Positions 46,098-56,641 of a stretch of 64,000 nucleotides of DNA are shown in pieces. This DNA comes from Sedimentisphaerales bacterium. GTDB taxonomy: Bacteria; Planctomycetota; Phycisphaerae; Sedimentisphaerales; Anaerobacaceae. How positions within the stretch are numbered: position 1 is the stretch's first letter; each line of letters opens with the position of its first letter. A program made the translations under genes and the position numbers. The notes under the pieces were generated by a model, which saw only the letters and a list, made by a program, of their open reading frames with translations, was not told where the DNA came from and made no database searches. The stretch covers positions 123,280 to 187,279 of the forward strand of contig JBEKWM010000002.1 in assembly GCA_049513025.1 (NCBI GenBank). Reading direction: 5' to 3'.

Positions 46098-46298
46098 ATG
46101 CCTAAAAATAAAATGAAGACCCATAAGGGAATAAAAAAGAGATTTAAACTTACCGCCAGAGGGAAGCTGTTGTATAAGCATCCTTCCGGCAATCATTTAA
46201 TGAACAGCAAGAACGCCAAGCGGCGAAGAAGGATAGCCCACCCCGCCATTATTACCGGGGTTTACGCTGAGAAAATCAAGGCGATGTTTGGCAAATAG
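46098..46298 (+). CDS. rpmI: 50S ribosomal protein L35
   Basis: MPKNKMKTHKGIKKRFKLTARGK... 66 aa. Confidence 0.95.
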   Translation: MPKNKMKTHKGIKKRFKLTARGKLLYKHPSGNHLMNSKNAKRRRRIAHPAIITGVYAEKIKAMFGK

Positions 46299-46373
46299 CG
46301 TTATTTCGGCCCGCGTCGCATAGAGTGTCCGCGGCGGGTCGGCTGAGCAGTGAGTTGAGAAAGGAAACCGGGT

Positions 46374-46730
46374 ATGCCAAGAATTAGGAAAGGCGCCGCA
46401 AGACGGCAGGCGCACAAAAGGGTTATGAAGCTGGTGAAGGGGTATCGCAGCTCCGCCGGCCATCTTTATCGTGCCGCGAAGGAAGCGGCTGTGCGGGCGG
46501 GGGTTTACGCGCGTGCCGGTCGCAGACTGCGCAAACGCGACTTCAGGTCCTTATGGATTACGCGATTGACCGCCGCCTGCCAACAGCGGGGTATTATGTA
46601 CAGCCGGCTTGTCAACGGCCTGAAAAAGGCAAATATCATTCTGAACCGCAAAATGCTCAGTGAAATAGCAATCGCCGACCCGGTTGCATTTGACGCAATC
46701 GTCGCGGCGGCAAAACCGGCAACCATTTAA
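46374..46730 (+). CDS. rplT: 50S ribosomal protein L20
   Basis: MPRIRKGAARRQAHKRVMKLVKGYRS... 118 aa. Confidence 0.95.
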   Translation: MPRIRKGAARRQAHKRVMKLVKGYRSSAGHLYRAAKEAAVRAGVYARAGRRLRKRDFRSLWITRLTAACQQRGIMYSRLVNGLKKANIILNRKMLSEIAIADPVAFDAIVAAAKPATI

Positions 46731-46737
46731 AAATCAC

Positions 46738-46830
46738 CGCCTCCCGTAAGGGACGCCCTATGGCGGAGAACGCCCAGGCCGCAAAGAAAAAATAAATAAT
46801 CTCTGCGTACTCTGCGGTCTCCGCGGTAAA
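46738..46830 (+). repeat. composite intergenic repeat: 31-nt palindromic unit (46738-46768) plus CGCAGAG-type arm (46799-46830)
   Basis: CGCCTCCCGTAAGGGACGCCCTATGGCGGAG, then ...TCTCTGCGTACTCTGCGGTCTCCGCGGTAAA. The 31-mer recurs, reverse-complemented, at 49825-49855. Confidence 0.85.
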
Positions 46831-46841
46831 AAGAGATTGGC

Positions 46842-47834
46842 ATGCTTGAACAGTTCGCCAAAATCGGTAAAGATGCCCTTGAGGAGCTAAAAACTGTCGC
46901 CGATTCCGCGGCACTGGAGCAATTCCGCATAAAATACCTGAGCCGCAAAGGTCTTGTCACTCAGATACTCACGCAGATAGGAAAAGTTTCAGCCGAGCAA
47001 AGACCGGCGGCGGGCCAATTAGCCAACAAAATCAAAAACGAGGTAAACGCCGCATTTGAACAGCTCAAGGCAAAAATCACACAAACCCAGCAGGCCAAAA
47101 GCAGGCATTTGATTGACGTTACCCTGCCCGGAACACGACCCCGAATTGGCAAACGACACGTCATAAATCAGACCACAAACGAACTTCTTGAGATATTCGC
47201 GCGAATGGGTTTTGCCGTCGCATACGGCCCCGAGGTCGAAGACGAATGGCACAATTTCGTCGCGCTGAATATCCCCGCGGAGCATCCCGCACGCGACCCC
47301 CTGGATAACTTTTACGTCGATGACCAAACCCTTTTGCGGAGTCAGACCTCGACAATCCAGATTCGCGTGATGGAAAAGCAAAAGCCCCCCATCCGCGTCG
47401 TCGCGCCGGGCCGGGTTTACAGGCCGGACACCGTTGACGCAACGCACATGTTTATGTTCCACCAGCTTGAAGCGCTCGTCGTCGATGAGGGCGTTACTAT
47501 GGTCGATATGAAGACCACCATCGACCAGTTCATTAAAGTGTTCCTTGGCAAAGACGCAAAATGGCGTTTCCGACCGAGTTTTTTCCCGTTCACCGAGCCG
47601 AGCGCGGAAGTGGATTTGCTGTTAGTTGACAAGACGGGCAAGGAGGTTTGGGTCGAGATGGGCGGCTGTGGTATGGTTGACCCGAACGTTTTCGACGCCG
47701 TGGGTATAGACAGCGAAAAATATACCGGCTGGGCCTTCGGCTTCGGCATCGAACGCTTAGCTATGCGAAAATACGGTATTACTGATATTCGCCTGTTTTA
47801 CGAAAACGACCTTCGCTTCTTACAGCAGTTCTAA
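46842..47834 (+). CDS. pheS: phenylalanine--tRNA ligase alpha subunit
   Basis: 330 aa. Class II motifs including FRPSFFPFTEPS and GFGIERLAM. Confidence 0.95.
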   Translation: MLEQFAKIGKDALEELKTVADSAALEQFRIKYLSRKGLVTQILTQIGKVSAEQRPAAGQLANKIKNEVNAAFEQLKAKITQTQQAKSRHLIDVTLPGTRPRIGKRHVINQTTNELLEIFARMGFAVAYGPEVEDEWHNFVALNIPAEHPARDPLDNFYVDDQTLLRSQTSTIQIRVMEKQKPPIRVVAPGRVYRPDTVDATHMFMFHQLEALVVDEGVTMVDMKTTIDQFIKVFLGKDAKWRFRPSFFPFTEPSAEVDLLLVDKTGKEVWVEMGGCGMVDPNVFDAVGIDSEKYTGWAFGFGIERLAMRKYGITDIRLFYENDLRFLQQF

Positions 47835-47864
47835 AATTGAATCGCTAATTGCGGAGACAGCGGT

Positions 47865-48743
47865 ATGAGTTACAAAGGCATAATACTCGCGGGCGGAAGC
47901 GGCACCCGGCTGCACCCCGTCACAAAGGCCATAAGCAAGCAGCTTATCCCCATATATGATAAGCCGATGGTTTACTATCCGCTGACTACGCTGATGCTGG
48001 CGGGCATAAAAGAGATTCTGGTTATCAGCACGCCAACCGACCTGCCAATGTATAAAAAGGTCCTCGGCGACGGTTCGCAGTGGGGTATCCGGCTCGAATA
48101 CGCGGAGCAACCCAGGCCCGAAGGACTCGCCCAGGCATTCATCATCGGTAAAAAATTTCTCGCGGGTTCCCCCGCCTGTCTCATTCTCGGCGACAACATT
48201 TTCTACGGTCACGGCCTTGTAGATTCGCTCAAAAAAGCCGTAAGCAACGAAGCCGGCGCGACAATTTTTGGCTACTGGGTAAAAGACCCGCAGCGATACG
48301 GCGTCATCGAGTTCGATAAAGCCGGCAAGGTCATATCGATTGAGGAAAAACCGCAAAAACCGAAATCCAATTACGCGGCAGTAGGACTTTACTTCTACGA
48401 CTCGCAGGTCTGCGACATTGCCGCGACCATCAAACCCTCTGCCAGGGGCGAGTATGAAATCACCGACCTCAATAACGCTTATCGGAAAAACAACAAGTTA
48501 CAGGTCGAATTGTTCGGACGCGGCACCGCCTGGCTCGATACGGGGACGCCTGAGTCGATGCTTCAGGCCTCGAATTTTGTCCAGACCGTTCAGCAAAGAC
48601 AGGGCCTGATGATTGCCTGCCCCGAAGAAATAGCGTTTCATCTCGGCCTTATCGACGTTAAACAATTAACCAAACTCGCCGAGCCCTTAGCCAAAAACTG
48701 GTATGGGCAATACCTGCTTGCCCTTGTGGATGAGCACCACTAA
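47865..48743 (+). CDS. rfbA: glucose-1-phosphate thymidylyltransferase
   Basis: [16 protein letters not shown] and full-length RmlA collinearity. Confidence 0.95.
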   Translation: MSYKGIILAGGSGTRLHPVTKAISKQLIPIYDKPMVYYPLTTLMLAGIKEILVISTPTDLPMYKKVLGDGSQWGIRLEYAEQPRPEGLAQAFIIGKKFLAGSPACLILGDNIFYGHGLVDSLKKAVSNEAGATIFGYWVKDPQRYGVIEFDKAGKVISIEEKPQKPKSNYAAVGLYFYDSQVCDIAATIKPSARGEYEITDLNNAYRKNNKLQVELFGRGTAWLDTGTPESMLQASNFVQTVQQRQGLMIACPEEIAFHLGLIDVKQLTKLAEPLAKNWYGQYLLALVDEHH

Positions 48744-49307
48744 ATGAAGGTAACGCAGACAAAACTACCGGGAGTGCTGATTTTTGAACCCGACGTGTTC
48801 GGCGACGCGCGCGGCTGGTTTGCGGAAACCTTCAGCAGCAAACGCTATGAAGAGGCGGGATTGAAACTGCCGTTTGTGCAGGATAACGTCTCATTTTCAG
48901 AAAAGAACGTCCTGCGAGGTTTTCATTTCCAGTACCTGCATTCGCAGGGTAAATTAGTGCAGGTGTTATCCGGCAAGGTTTTCGATGTGGCAGTCGATAT
49001 TCGCGTCGGCTCGCCGACTTTCGGACAGTGGTTCGGCGAAACGCTGTCTGCGGAAAATCACAAACAGATGTATATCCCGCCGGGTTTCGCTCACGGCTTT
49101 TGCGTCCTCAGCGACACCACCTTGTTCTCCTATAAATGCACCGACTACTACAACCCGACGACCGAGGGCGGCGTGATATGGAACGACCCGGATATTGGAA
49201 TCACCTGGCCGGTTGATACCCCAAAGGTATCGAAAAAAGACGCCAACTACCCCCGGCTAAAAGATATCCCTAAAGACAAACTACCAAAATATGGTGAAAA
49301 TAAATGA
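48744..49307 (+). CDS. rfbC: dTDP-4-dehydrorhamnose 3,5-epimerase
   Basis: RGFHFQ..., FVQDNVSFS and cupin-fold RmlC blocks. Confidence 0.93.
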   Translation: MKVTQTKLPGVLIFEPDVFGDARGWFAETFSSKRYEEAGLKLPFVQDNVSFSEKNVLRGFHFQYLHSQGKLVQVLSGKVFDVAVDIRVGSPTFGQWFGETLSAENHKQMYIPPGFAHGFCVLSDTTLFSYKCTDYYNPTTEGGVIWNDPDIGITWPVDTPKVSKKDANYPRLKDIPKDKLPKYGENK

Positions 49308-50212
49308 GCGATTCACCTGACAAAGTGATAATCCTCGGCGGCAAAGGAATGTTAGGCACCGAAGTAGCCGCGGAGTGCAAACGCCGGGGTATGGATTTCG
49401 AAGTGTTCGACCTGCCCGAATTCGATATAACCAACGAACACCAGTTGCTGAGTGTAATTCATCCGGCCCATACGATAGTCAATTGTGCCGCGTACACAAA
49501 CGTCGAAAAGGCCGAGACCGAAACCGAGCTTGCCTTTCGCGTCAATGCCGAGGCCGTAGGCCTGCTCGCAACCTCCGCGAAAAAATCTGGCGCCTGGGTC
49601 CTTCACATAAGCACCGATTTTGTTTTCGACGGCGCTTCCGACAAGCCATATGCCGAGAAGGACATTCCTCATCCCATAAACGCCTACGGCAGGACCAAGC
49701 TGGCGGGCGAACGCCTGCTGGTTGAAAACCACTGCCACAATTGCATAATGCGAGTCGAGTGGACTTACGGGATGAAAGGCGATAACTTCATAAAGAAAAT
49801 TCTGCAAAAGGCACGCACACTCGCCTCCGCCGTTGGGCGTCCCTTACGGGAGGCGAAGCCGGGCGAAGCCGGGCAAAAAGATATGAAGGTTGTCGATGAC
49901 CAGGTTGGCTCGCCGACAGCGACAACCGAGGCGGCCAAGGCCGTTTGCGACCTTATACATAAAAAACCGACGGGTATTTATCATTTCGCAAGCCAGGGAT
50001 ACGTCAGCCGATTCGACGTCGCGCAGTTCATCGCCGAAAAGCTCGCCCTGGATGTACGGCTGACCGCCTGCAAAACCAGTGATTTTCCTTCCGCAGCGGC
50101 CAGGCCGCTAAACAGTAAATTTGATTGCAGCAAAATCAGGCCCCTGCTCAGCGGCCCGATTAAACCCTGGCAGGTCCCTTTAGAGGAATTCCTTAAACAG
50201 GCCCAGTCCTGA
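49304..50212 (+). CDS. rfbD: dTDP-4-dehydrorhamnose reductase (with an internal insertion of about 20 aa)
   Basis: GGKGMLG Rossmann motif, YGRTKLAGE and VVDDQVGSPT. An extra segment TLASAVGRPLREAKPGEAG lies between the ...ILQKA helix and the VVDDQ block. Confidence 0.9.
   Translation: MSDSPDKVIILGGKGMLGTEVAAECKRRGMDFEVFDLPEFDITNEHQLLSVIHPAHTIVNCAAYTNVEKAETETELAFRVNAEAVGLLATSAKKSGAWVLHISTDFVFDGASDKPYAEKDIPHPINAYGRTKLAGERLLVENHCHNCIMRVEWTYGMKGDNFIKKILQKARTLASAVGRPLREAKPGEAGQKDMKVVDDQVGSPTATTEAAKAVCDLIHKKPTGIYHFASQGYVSRFDVAQFIAEKLALDVRLTACKTSDFPSAAARPLNSKFDCSKIRPLLSGPIKPWQVPLEEFLKQAQS
49825..49855 (-). repeat. copy of the 31-nt palindromic intergenic unit inside the rfbD reading frame
   Basis: CTCCGCCGTTGGGCGTCCCTTACGGGAGGCG matches the reverse complement of 46738-46768 at 29 of 31 positions. 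Followed by tandem GCGAAGCCGG x2 (49853-49872). Confidence 0.85.
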
Positions 50213-50227
50213 GCGGAGTCGAAGGAT

Positions 50228-51241
50228 ATGAGAAGATTGCTCGTTACAGGCGGCGCAGGTTTTATCGGCAGCAATTTCGTACGAATGGTTCTTTCCGAAC
50301 AACCCGATTGTTTCGTGGTCAATCTCGACAAGCTCACATACGCCGGAAATCTTGAAAATCTCGCCGGCTTTGAAAATCACCCGAATCATAAATTCATAAA
50401 AGGCGACATCTGCAACGCTGATTTGCTTGGGCGTACCATCGACGAGTTCAAGATTGATTCTATTGTAAACTTCGCCGCGGAAAGCCACGTTGACCGGTCA
50501 ATTTCCGAGCCGAAAATATTCATCGAAACTAACGTCACGGGGACATTGACTCTTTTAGAGGCCGCAAGAGATAAAAAACTCCAGCGGTTCGTCCAGATTT
50601 CGACCGACGAGGTTTATGGTACCCTCGGGACTGAAGGTATGTTTACCGAAGATACCCCGCTTAGTCCCAACTCGCCATATTCGGCCAGCAAGGCCTCCGC
50701 CGACCTTCTTGTTCGCGCATTCGGGCACACTTTCGGCGTGCAATACAACATTACCCGCTGCTCGAATAATTACGGGCCTTATCAATTCCCTGAAAAACTC
50801 ATCCCGCTGATGATTAACAACGCGCTGAACAACAAACAATTACCTGTTTACGGCGACGGTATGCAAATCCGCGACTGGCTTTATGTTTATGACCACTGCA
50901 CCGCTATCTGGAAGGTCCTCACCGAGGCGACGCCGGGCGAAATATACAACATCGGAGGCTGCAACGAGAAAGCCAATATCGACGTCGTCCGGCTGATTCT
51001 CGGTCGCTTAGGCAAACCTGAATCACTCATCAAACATGTTACTGACCGCCCCGGCCACGACAGACGATACGCCATCGACGCTTCAAAGATAATCAGCAAA
51101 TTGAAATGGCGGCCCTCGGTATCTTTTGAACAGGGGATTGCCAAGACGATTGACTGGTACCTGGCAAACCGAAAATGGCTGGCCAACGTCGTCTCCGGCG
51201 ATTATCAGAAGTATTACGAATCAATGTATTCAAATAGGTAA
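50228..51241 (+). CDS. rfbB: dTDP-glucose 4,6-dehydratase
   Basis: [20 protein letters not shown] and RmlB collinearity. Confidence 0.95.
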   Translation: MRRLLVTGGAGFIGSNFVRMVLSEQPDCFVVNLDKLTYAGNLENLAGFENHPNHKFIKGDICNADLLGRTIDEFKIDSIVNFAAESHVDRSISEPKIFIETNVTGTLTLLEAARDKKLQRFVQISTDEVYGTLGTEGMFTEDTPLSPNSPYSASKASADLLVRAFGHTFGVQYNITRCSNNYGPYQFPEKLIPLMINNALNNKQLPVYGDGMQIRDWLYVYDHCTAIWKVLTEATPGEIYNIGGCNEKANIDVVRLILGRLGKPESLIKHVTDRPGHDRRYAIDASKIISKLKWRPSVSFEQGIAKTIDWYLANRKWLANVVSGDYQKYYESMYSNR

Positions 51242-51276
51242 CAAGTAACCGCTGATATTTTGTCTGATTGATATCT

Positions 51277-52311
51277 ATGGCAAGTGCAAAACGAATCCTG
51301 ATGGTGGCCGCTTTAGAACACAAGCCGCACAAAATGTTTATCAACCAGACGGCCAAATTAGGCAAGGGGTTTATCCGTCTCGGGCACGATGTGCGGTATT
51401 TCAGCTACTCCAATGCACTTAAGGAATTAAGCCCGTTCAAAAGCCGGACTATAGGGGCGTATTTCTACAAAAACAAGGTGGATGACTTGCTGGCTGCGGA
51501 AACAAAAAACTATCAACCCGACATAATCTGCCTGAGCTTCGTCCGGGTGCTTGATGCGATAACAATTGAGAAGATACGGCGGGCGGCGCCGAACGCTGTC
51601 CTTATCGGCGGCGATGGAGACCTTTGGCCGCAACTGCGCCCCGGAAGAATCGCCGCCGCCAAAAAACTCGATATCTTCACAGCCTCCAACAACGGGGAGT
51701 CCCTGCAAACGTATCGCGACGCAAGCGTGCCGAAATGTGTCTTTATGCCCAATATGTGCGACCCGGATACCGACCATCGATACGACGTTGAGCCAAAATG
51801 GAAAACTGACATCCTCTGGACAGGCCTTATCATACACGATCCCAAACGCTATCCTGGCGAGGATATGCGATATGAATTAGTCAGCCGACTTGCCAAAATG
51901 CCGAATTGCGCCGTTTACGGCTGTTGCGGCAGGCCGAAGATAGGGGGGATAAACTATCTTTATGCGATAAGCGGCGCGAGAATTGGCCTGAGCATCAACG
52001 GCGACAACAACGTTCGGCTTTATCATTCCGACCGGCTGACGCATTACCTATCCTGCGGCACCTTTGTTCTGGCAAAAAGAGTACCTGATACAGATTTGCT
52101 CTTCAAAGACGGCCTCCATCTGCGATATTTTGACACAGCCGATGAGTTCTTTGAGCTGGCTGACTGGTATCTCAAACACGAGGATGAAAGAAAAAAAATC
52201 GCCGAAGCCGGTATGAAATGGACGCACGAACAGTTCAACAGCGTCAAAATGGCTGGTTATATTCTGGATTTGGTTGAAAAAGGAACTTATAGTGCTCCGT
52301 GGACTCCATGA
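51277..52311 (+). CDS. CgeB-like glycosyltransferase (Glyco_trans_1_2-type C-terminus)
   Basis: The first ATG is 51277 (ORF open from TTG 51268). The C-terminal block SDRLTHYLSCGTFVLAKRVPDTDLLFKDGLHLRYFDTADEFFELADWYLKHEDERKKIAEAG resembles the CgeB family. Confidence 0.65.
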   Translation: MASAKRILMVAALEHKPHKMFINQTAKLGKGFIRLGHDVRYFSYSNALKELSPFKSRTIGAYFYKNKVDDLLAAETKNYQPDIICLSFVRVLDAITIEKIRRAAPNAVLIGGDGDLWPQLRPGRIAAAKKLDIFTASNNGESLQTYRDASVPKCVFMPNMCDPDTDHRYDVEPKWKTDILWTGLIIHDPKRYPGEDMRYELVSRLAKMPNCAVYGCCGRPKIGGINYLYAISGARIGLSINGDNNVRLYHSDRLTHYLSCGTFVLAKRVPDTDLLFKDGLHLRYFDTADEFFELADWYLKHEDERKKIAEAGMKWTHEQFNSVKMAGYILDLVEKGTYSAPWTP

Positions 52312-53291
52312 AGCTCCTGGTTATTAGCAATAATCCCGACCGCGCAAGCTTCAGACAGAGGATAGAAATCCATCTCGATTGCCTGCGGGCCGAGGGAATA
52401 AACTGCACGGTGTGCCGGTATCCGACAGGTCCCGTGGGCAGATTGAAACTGCTGCAATTGAGCAGGGACTTCGACGCTGTCTTTCTGCATAAAAAACGCC
52501 TCAATCCCCTCGACGCATTGTTGCTGCACCGATACGCCCGAAAGGTCGTTTACGATTTCGACGACGCCGTAATGTATGACGACAATTGCCCTGACAAACC
52601 CAGCCGAAAACGCCGGAGAGATTTTCAGAGAACAGTCAAGCTGGCCAACCTCGTAATTGCCGGCAACAAATACCTTGCCGAGCTTGCCAGGTCGTTCAAT
52701 AACAATGTTGAAGTTCTTCCAACCGGCCTCGACTTCGCTGCCTATAACGTCCAGCCCACTCCAAATAACGACGACAAAATACGCCTGGTCTGGATAGGCA
52801 GCGAGGCCACGCTGCCTTATCTGAAAGAAATCAAGCCCGTACTCGAAGAAATCGGCTCCCGTTTCGATAATATCATTCTGCGAATAATCTGCGATGAGTT
52901 CTTCGACCTGCAAAATATGGAAGTGGAGAAATGTCCCTGGACTCATCAGGCCGAGGTTGTCAATCTCGTCTCCAGTGACATCGGCCTTGCACCCTTGCCC
53001 GACAACCCCTTCACAAGAGGCAAATGCGGTTTCAAAATTCTTCAATATGCCGCCGCTGGTCTGCCCACGGTCGCATCCCCCGTTGGCATCAACGCCGAAC
53101 TAATCAGTGATGGCTCGACTGGTTTCCTCGCAGTATCCAGCCACGACTGGGTCGATTGCGTATGCCGGCTTATTCGAAACCAGACATTGCGACAACAAAT
53201 GGGCGACGCAGCAAGACAAAGTGTTCGCAGATTTGATTCAAAGCTGATTGCCGCCCGCCTCGCCGAACTGATTCGCTCCGTTACATCTTGA
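52308..53291 (+). CDS. glycosyltransferase, GT4/GT1-fold
   Basis: ATG 52308 overlaps the upstream TGA (ATGA). Contains FKILQYAAAGLPTVASPVGINAELISDGSTGFLA (GT-B C-domain). Confidence 0.8.
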   Translation: MKLLVISNNPDRASFRQRIEIHLDCLRAEGINCTVCRYPTGPVGRLKLLQLSRDFDAVFLHKKRLNPLDALLLHRYARKVVYDFDDAVMYDDNCPDKPSRKRRRDFQRTVKLANLVIAGNKYLAELARSFNNNVEVLPTGLDFAAYNVQPTPNNDDKIRLVWIGSEATLPYLKEIKPVLEEIGSRFDNIILRIICDEFFDLQNMEVEKCPWTHQAEVVNLVSSDIGLAPLPDNPFTRGKCGFKILQYAAAGLPTVASPVGINAELISDGSTGFLAVSSHDWVDCVCRLIRNQTLRQQMGDAARQSVRRFDSKLIAARLAELIRSVTS

Positions 53292-54249
53292 ACAGGAACC
53301 GATACAAATAAATTGTAAGAAATCTGGCTGCGTTCCTTATCTTCATCGACGACTTTCCCCGCCTCCTCGCGTCAAGCGTTACAAGTCCATAAACGTATGC
53401 TGCCAGCCCGATGGCAATGTGGCATACGTCTCGCAGGATAACTGCCGGCTTGAAAACAATGCTGAACATCGCCGTCTCAAACCTGCCACGGTGCTTCCTG
53501 AAAAATGCGAACATACTTTCAAGCATCATTAGCCGGTTCCTTGCCGGCATCTGCCTCGCCGATTGCCCGCCAAGATGCGTTATTTCGGCCTCCGGGACAA
53601 ACACCACCCGCCACCCGGCCTGTTTTATCCGGTAACACAAATCCACTTCCTCAAAGTACATAAAAAATCTCTCGTCCATCACACCAACCCGTTCTATTAC
53701 CGACCGCCTGACCATCAAAGCCGCCCCCATAAGTTGCTCGACGTCGGCCCGCCTGTCGTATCCGAAGTCCTTCATCAGCCATTTCCGGTACTGTGCCCGG
53801 AAAATCCCCGTGAGCCGGAAAACGCTGTGCCGATACAAGGCCCCGCGGAAGGTGGGGAAACGTCTTACGGACGCCTGCGTCGTCCCGTCGGCGTTAAGCA
53901 GCTTTGGCCCGCACGCACCAACGTCTGGATTATTGTCCATAAAACGAACCAGGGTATCTAAAGAGCTGCTGTGAACAATTGTGTCGGGGTTCAGAAGAAG
54001 TATGTATTGCCCCTGTGCCTTTCGTATCGCCTGATTGTTCGCCGAGGCAAACCCCCGGTTCTGCTCATTCGCAATCACAGCTGCTGCCGGAAAGTCACGC
54101 CTGAGACATTCCACCGTCCCGTCCGAGCTTGCGTTATCTACAACAATTACCTCGTATGTTCCAGACGGACGATTCTCCCCGATGGACCACAGACACCGCA
54201 CAAGGTCTTCTCGAACGTTCCAGCTTACTATGATAACCGACAACTTCAT
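53281..54249 (-). CDS. glycosyltransferase family 2
   Basis: MKLSVIIVSWNVREDLVRCL...VVDNASSDGT...LLNPDT (GT-A DxD context). Confidence 0.85.
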   Translation of the reverse strand: MKLSVIIVSWNVREDLVRCLWSIGENRPSGTYEVIVVDNASSDGTVECLRRDFPAAAVIANEQNRGFASANNQAIRKAQGQYILLLNPDTIVHSSSLDTLVRFMDNNPDVGACGPKLLNADGTTQASVRRFPTFRGALYRHSVFRLTGIFRAQYRKWLMKDFGYDRRADVEQLMGAALMVRRSVIERVGVMDERFFMYFEEVDLCYRIKQAGWRVVFVPEAEITHLGGQSARQMPARNRLMMLESMFAFFRKHRGRFETAMFSIVFKPAVILRDVCHIAIGLAAYVYGLVTLDARRRGKSSMKIRNAARFLTIYLYRFLFKM

Positions 54250-55019
54250 TATGACAACTTCTCTCTCCTCTTCGGGCGCGCAACAACTGCAAACTGCTGG
54301 TATCTAAGATCAGCCAGCAGACCACACAAGAGGATATTGATGATTCTGTAAGTGCGACTATGTGTGGGATGCATACCTTCCAAAATTATAATTTCAAACC
54401 CTGTCTGGTCAAACGTCTTGATTATGCTCTTGAATGTGAAGAACCGCAGGTGTGTTTTGTCCATAATGCCCGCCTCCTCGTAATCCCAGTTCCCGTGTAT
54501 TACGAAATCGACAAATTTCCGGTAATAGCGTATGTTCGGAATCGAGGCGATGATTACGCCCTTTGGGGTCATTTTGGATTTTATGGCCAGCAGCACTGCG
54601 TAAGGGTTTACCAGATGTTCTAACACGTCAAGAAAGACAATGCAGTCAAAATAATTATCGGGCAGCTTGTTAATCGCCTCGAAGGCGTCAGCGACAATAA
54701 CCTTATCGAGCACCCCAGCCGCTTTAGCCGCCGCGGCGGCGCTGATTTCCACTCCCCAGGTCTCGATTCCCCGTTCTCTTTTCAACTGTGCTGAAAACCC
54801 GCCGAAGCCGCACCCAAATTCCAGCGAGGTCCTCGTGCCACCGGGGATATATTTGAGCATATCTTCCCGCAGGCTTTCATAATATCCGCCTGGCTTTATC
54901 GTGAGGTCGGTTATATCGCTCTTCATTTGCCGATAACGCATATCTCCATCTGACTCGCCAGGGCAAGCGCCTGTGGTTTGTCGATGATTATCCTCTATAG
55001 ACCGCATACACCACACCAA
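54249..55019 (-). CDS. class I SAM-dependent methyltransferase (start codon uncertain: 55007, 54941 or 54926)
   Basis: Motif I LEFGCGFGGF and post-I/II blocks VLDKVIVADAF...CIVFLDVLEHL. Confidence 0.8.
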   Translation of the reverse strand: MVWCMRSIEDNHRQTTGACPGESDGDMRYRQMKSDITDLTIKPGGYYESLREDMLKYIPGGTRTSLEFGCGFGGFSAQLKRERGIETWGVEISAAAAAKAAGVLDKVIVADAFEAINKLPDNYFDCIVFLDVLEHLVNPYAVLLAIKSKMTPKGVIIASIPNIRYYRKFVDFVIHGNWDYEEAGIMDKTHLRFFTFKSIIKTFDQTGFEIIILEGMHPTHSRTYRIINILLCGLLADLRYQQFAVVARPKRREKLS

Positions 55020-55060
55020 GTCTTCCTAGACTTTCCAACTGACAATAATAATCGACAGCT

Positions 55061-56629
55061 TCACTGATTCGGACGCCTAAACAGGTACAAACGAAAGTTC
55101 TCATTGGACCATATACTACCTTTGAATTCCTTCACCTTCACGACCACCTCTTTGTTCTCGGGAATATCGTAGTTCAGAACCAGCAGTACATCAGACTTTT
55201 GTTCGTTCGCAAAGCGTCTGACTTTTTCGATTAGTCGCCGCTTGCTCATTTTGTACTCTGCTTTGTTATCGAATACAATGAACGTGCCGACCTTGTCCCG
55301 CCTCGGATAATATAACTCGCGGTCTAAGTAGCCGCTGATTACCGGGGTCGAAGTGTCAGAATCTCCCGCTATTGGCAGTTTCGACAACCCGTTTTCCGAA
55401 ATATACCGTGCCGCAAGCTTGCCCGTGGAAAACGGGCAGAACCATCCCATGCCGCTGGCAAAAATACCGACGCCCAGATGAATGACCAACAGAACGTTAA
55501 GCACCAAATGCACACGCAGGGCGCAAAAGTCCGCGGCCTTGTCAAACAGACGAGTCTTTAAGTTGGTGTCGGTCTTGTAATATTGCGAAAGCCACATACA
55601 CGCGATGAATAAAATAAACAAATGACCATGATGCCGGATGTATCCCAGATATTTTAAATATTGTAAGACAAGGATTGCAACTGTGCCGAAATACCAGAGG
55701 AACATTACGAACTTCTTCTTCGCAAAAGCGAACAATAGGAAAAACGCCAGCAGCACAGACAGACAGGCGGGCACCAATTTGTCGGGCAATATGTTCGTAT
55801 CCCAGTAGCAATAGCGACCCAGACGAGGAATGGGGACGAAGCTTTGCCAGATGGTCGCAATGCTCCTCTGGAGGCGTGGCAGGTCAAGGGTTGTTGTCCA
55901 CTTGCCGCTGAATTCCCCGTCCGGCTTAGGAATCATCATAATCGCCGAAAGCACCATAGCGGTCAGCACTATCAGAATAGCAGCGGCGATGTGCCATCTG
56001 GGGCCATTGATGGAATTTCGTGCCTCACGACTAAGCAGAAACTCCATTCCCAGCATAATCGCAAAAGATGCTGCTATCATAAAAGCATATGCGTTAGCCA
56101 GGCACAGTAAAAAGAGTATTACGGATATCAACAGATATCTTTTTCCCCTGCCCTGACCCATAGCAGCGCAAAAACTAAATATCAGGAGAAGCCCGATTGC
56201 ATAATTTCTGCTTATCGCAGCATACTCATATAGAGGAAAATAGCCGAAGACAAACAGAAGACGCTGCAGCCGCGTGAAGGGGGCAAATCTCAGGAAAATG
56301 TATGCACTTGCAGCGGCAATTGCCAGGTGAAGGACCTGCATCCCGGCCGGATTGTGCGTCACCCGGCTCACCGCGTAGAGCATAAGGTGCCACAGCGGAG
56401 GATGCCCGTCATACCTGAGGTTATGGAACAGTTCCATGATGGAGTGGCTGTCTTTGGCGATAAGCCAGTGCTGCATCTCGTCGAACCATATCTCGTGCGT
56501 AAGAACATTCGCCGCCGCAACAAGAACGTAAAGCAACAGGGCAAACCGCCTGAACGTCTTTTCCTCGTATGAAGCAAGATGATTCTCTAATTTTTCAAAT
56601 AGCCCCGTGAATCTTTGCAGTAGGTCCAT
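55061..56629 (-). CDS. polytopic membrane protein, possible GT-C-type glycosyltransferase
   Basis: 522 aa. At least 10 predicted TM helices plus a soluble C-terminal domain. The function is inferred only from topology and glycan-cluster context. Confidence 0.6.
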   Translation of the reverse strand: MDLLQRFTGLFEKLENHLASYEEKTFRRFALLLYVLVAAANVLTHEIWFDEMQHWLIAKDSHSIMELFHNLRYDGHPPLWHLMLYAVSRVTHNPAGMQVLHLAIAAASAYIFLRFAPFTRLQRLLFVFGYFPLYEYAAISRNYAIGLLLIFSFCAAMGQGRGKRYLLISVILFLLCLANAYAFMIAASFAIMLGMEFLLSREARNSINGPRWHIAAAILIVLTAMVLSAIMMIPKPDGEFSGKWTTTLDLPRLQRSIATIWQSFVPIPRLGRYCYWDTNILPDKLVPACLSVLLAFFLLFAFAKKKFVMFLWYFGTVAILVLQYLKYLGYIRHHGHLFILFIACMWLSQYYKTDTNLKTRLFDKAADFCALRVHLVLNVLLVIHLGVGIFASGMGWFCPFSTGKLAARYISENGLSKLPIAGDSDTSTPVISGYLDRELYYPRRDKVGTFIVFDNKAEYKMSKRRLIEKVRRFANEQKSDVLLVLNYDIPENKEVVVKVKEFKGSIWSNENFRLYLFRRPNQ

Positions 56630-56641
56630 ATTCTGTCGGTT

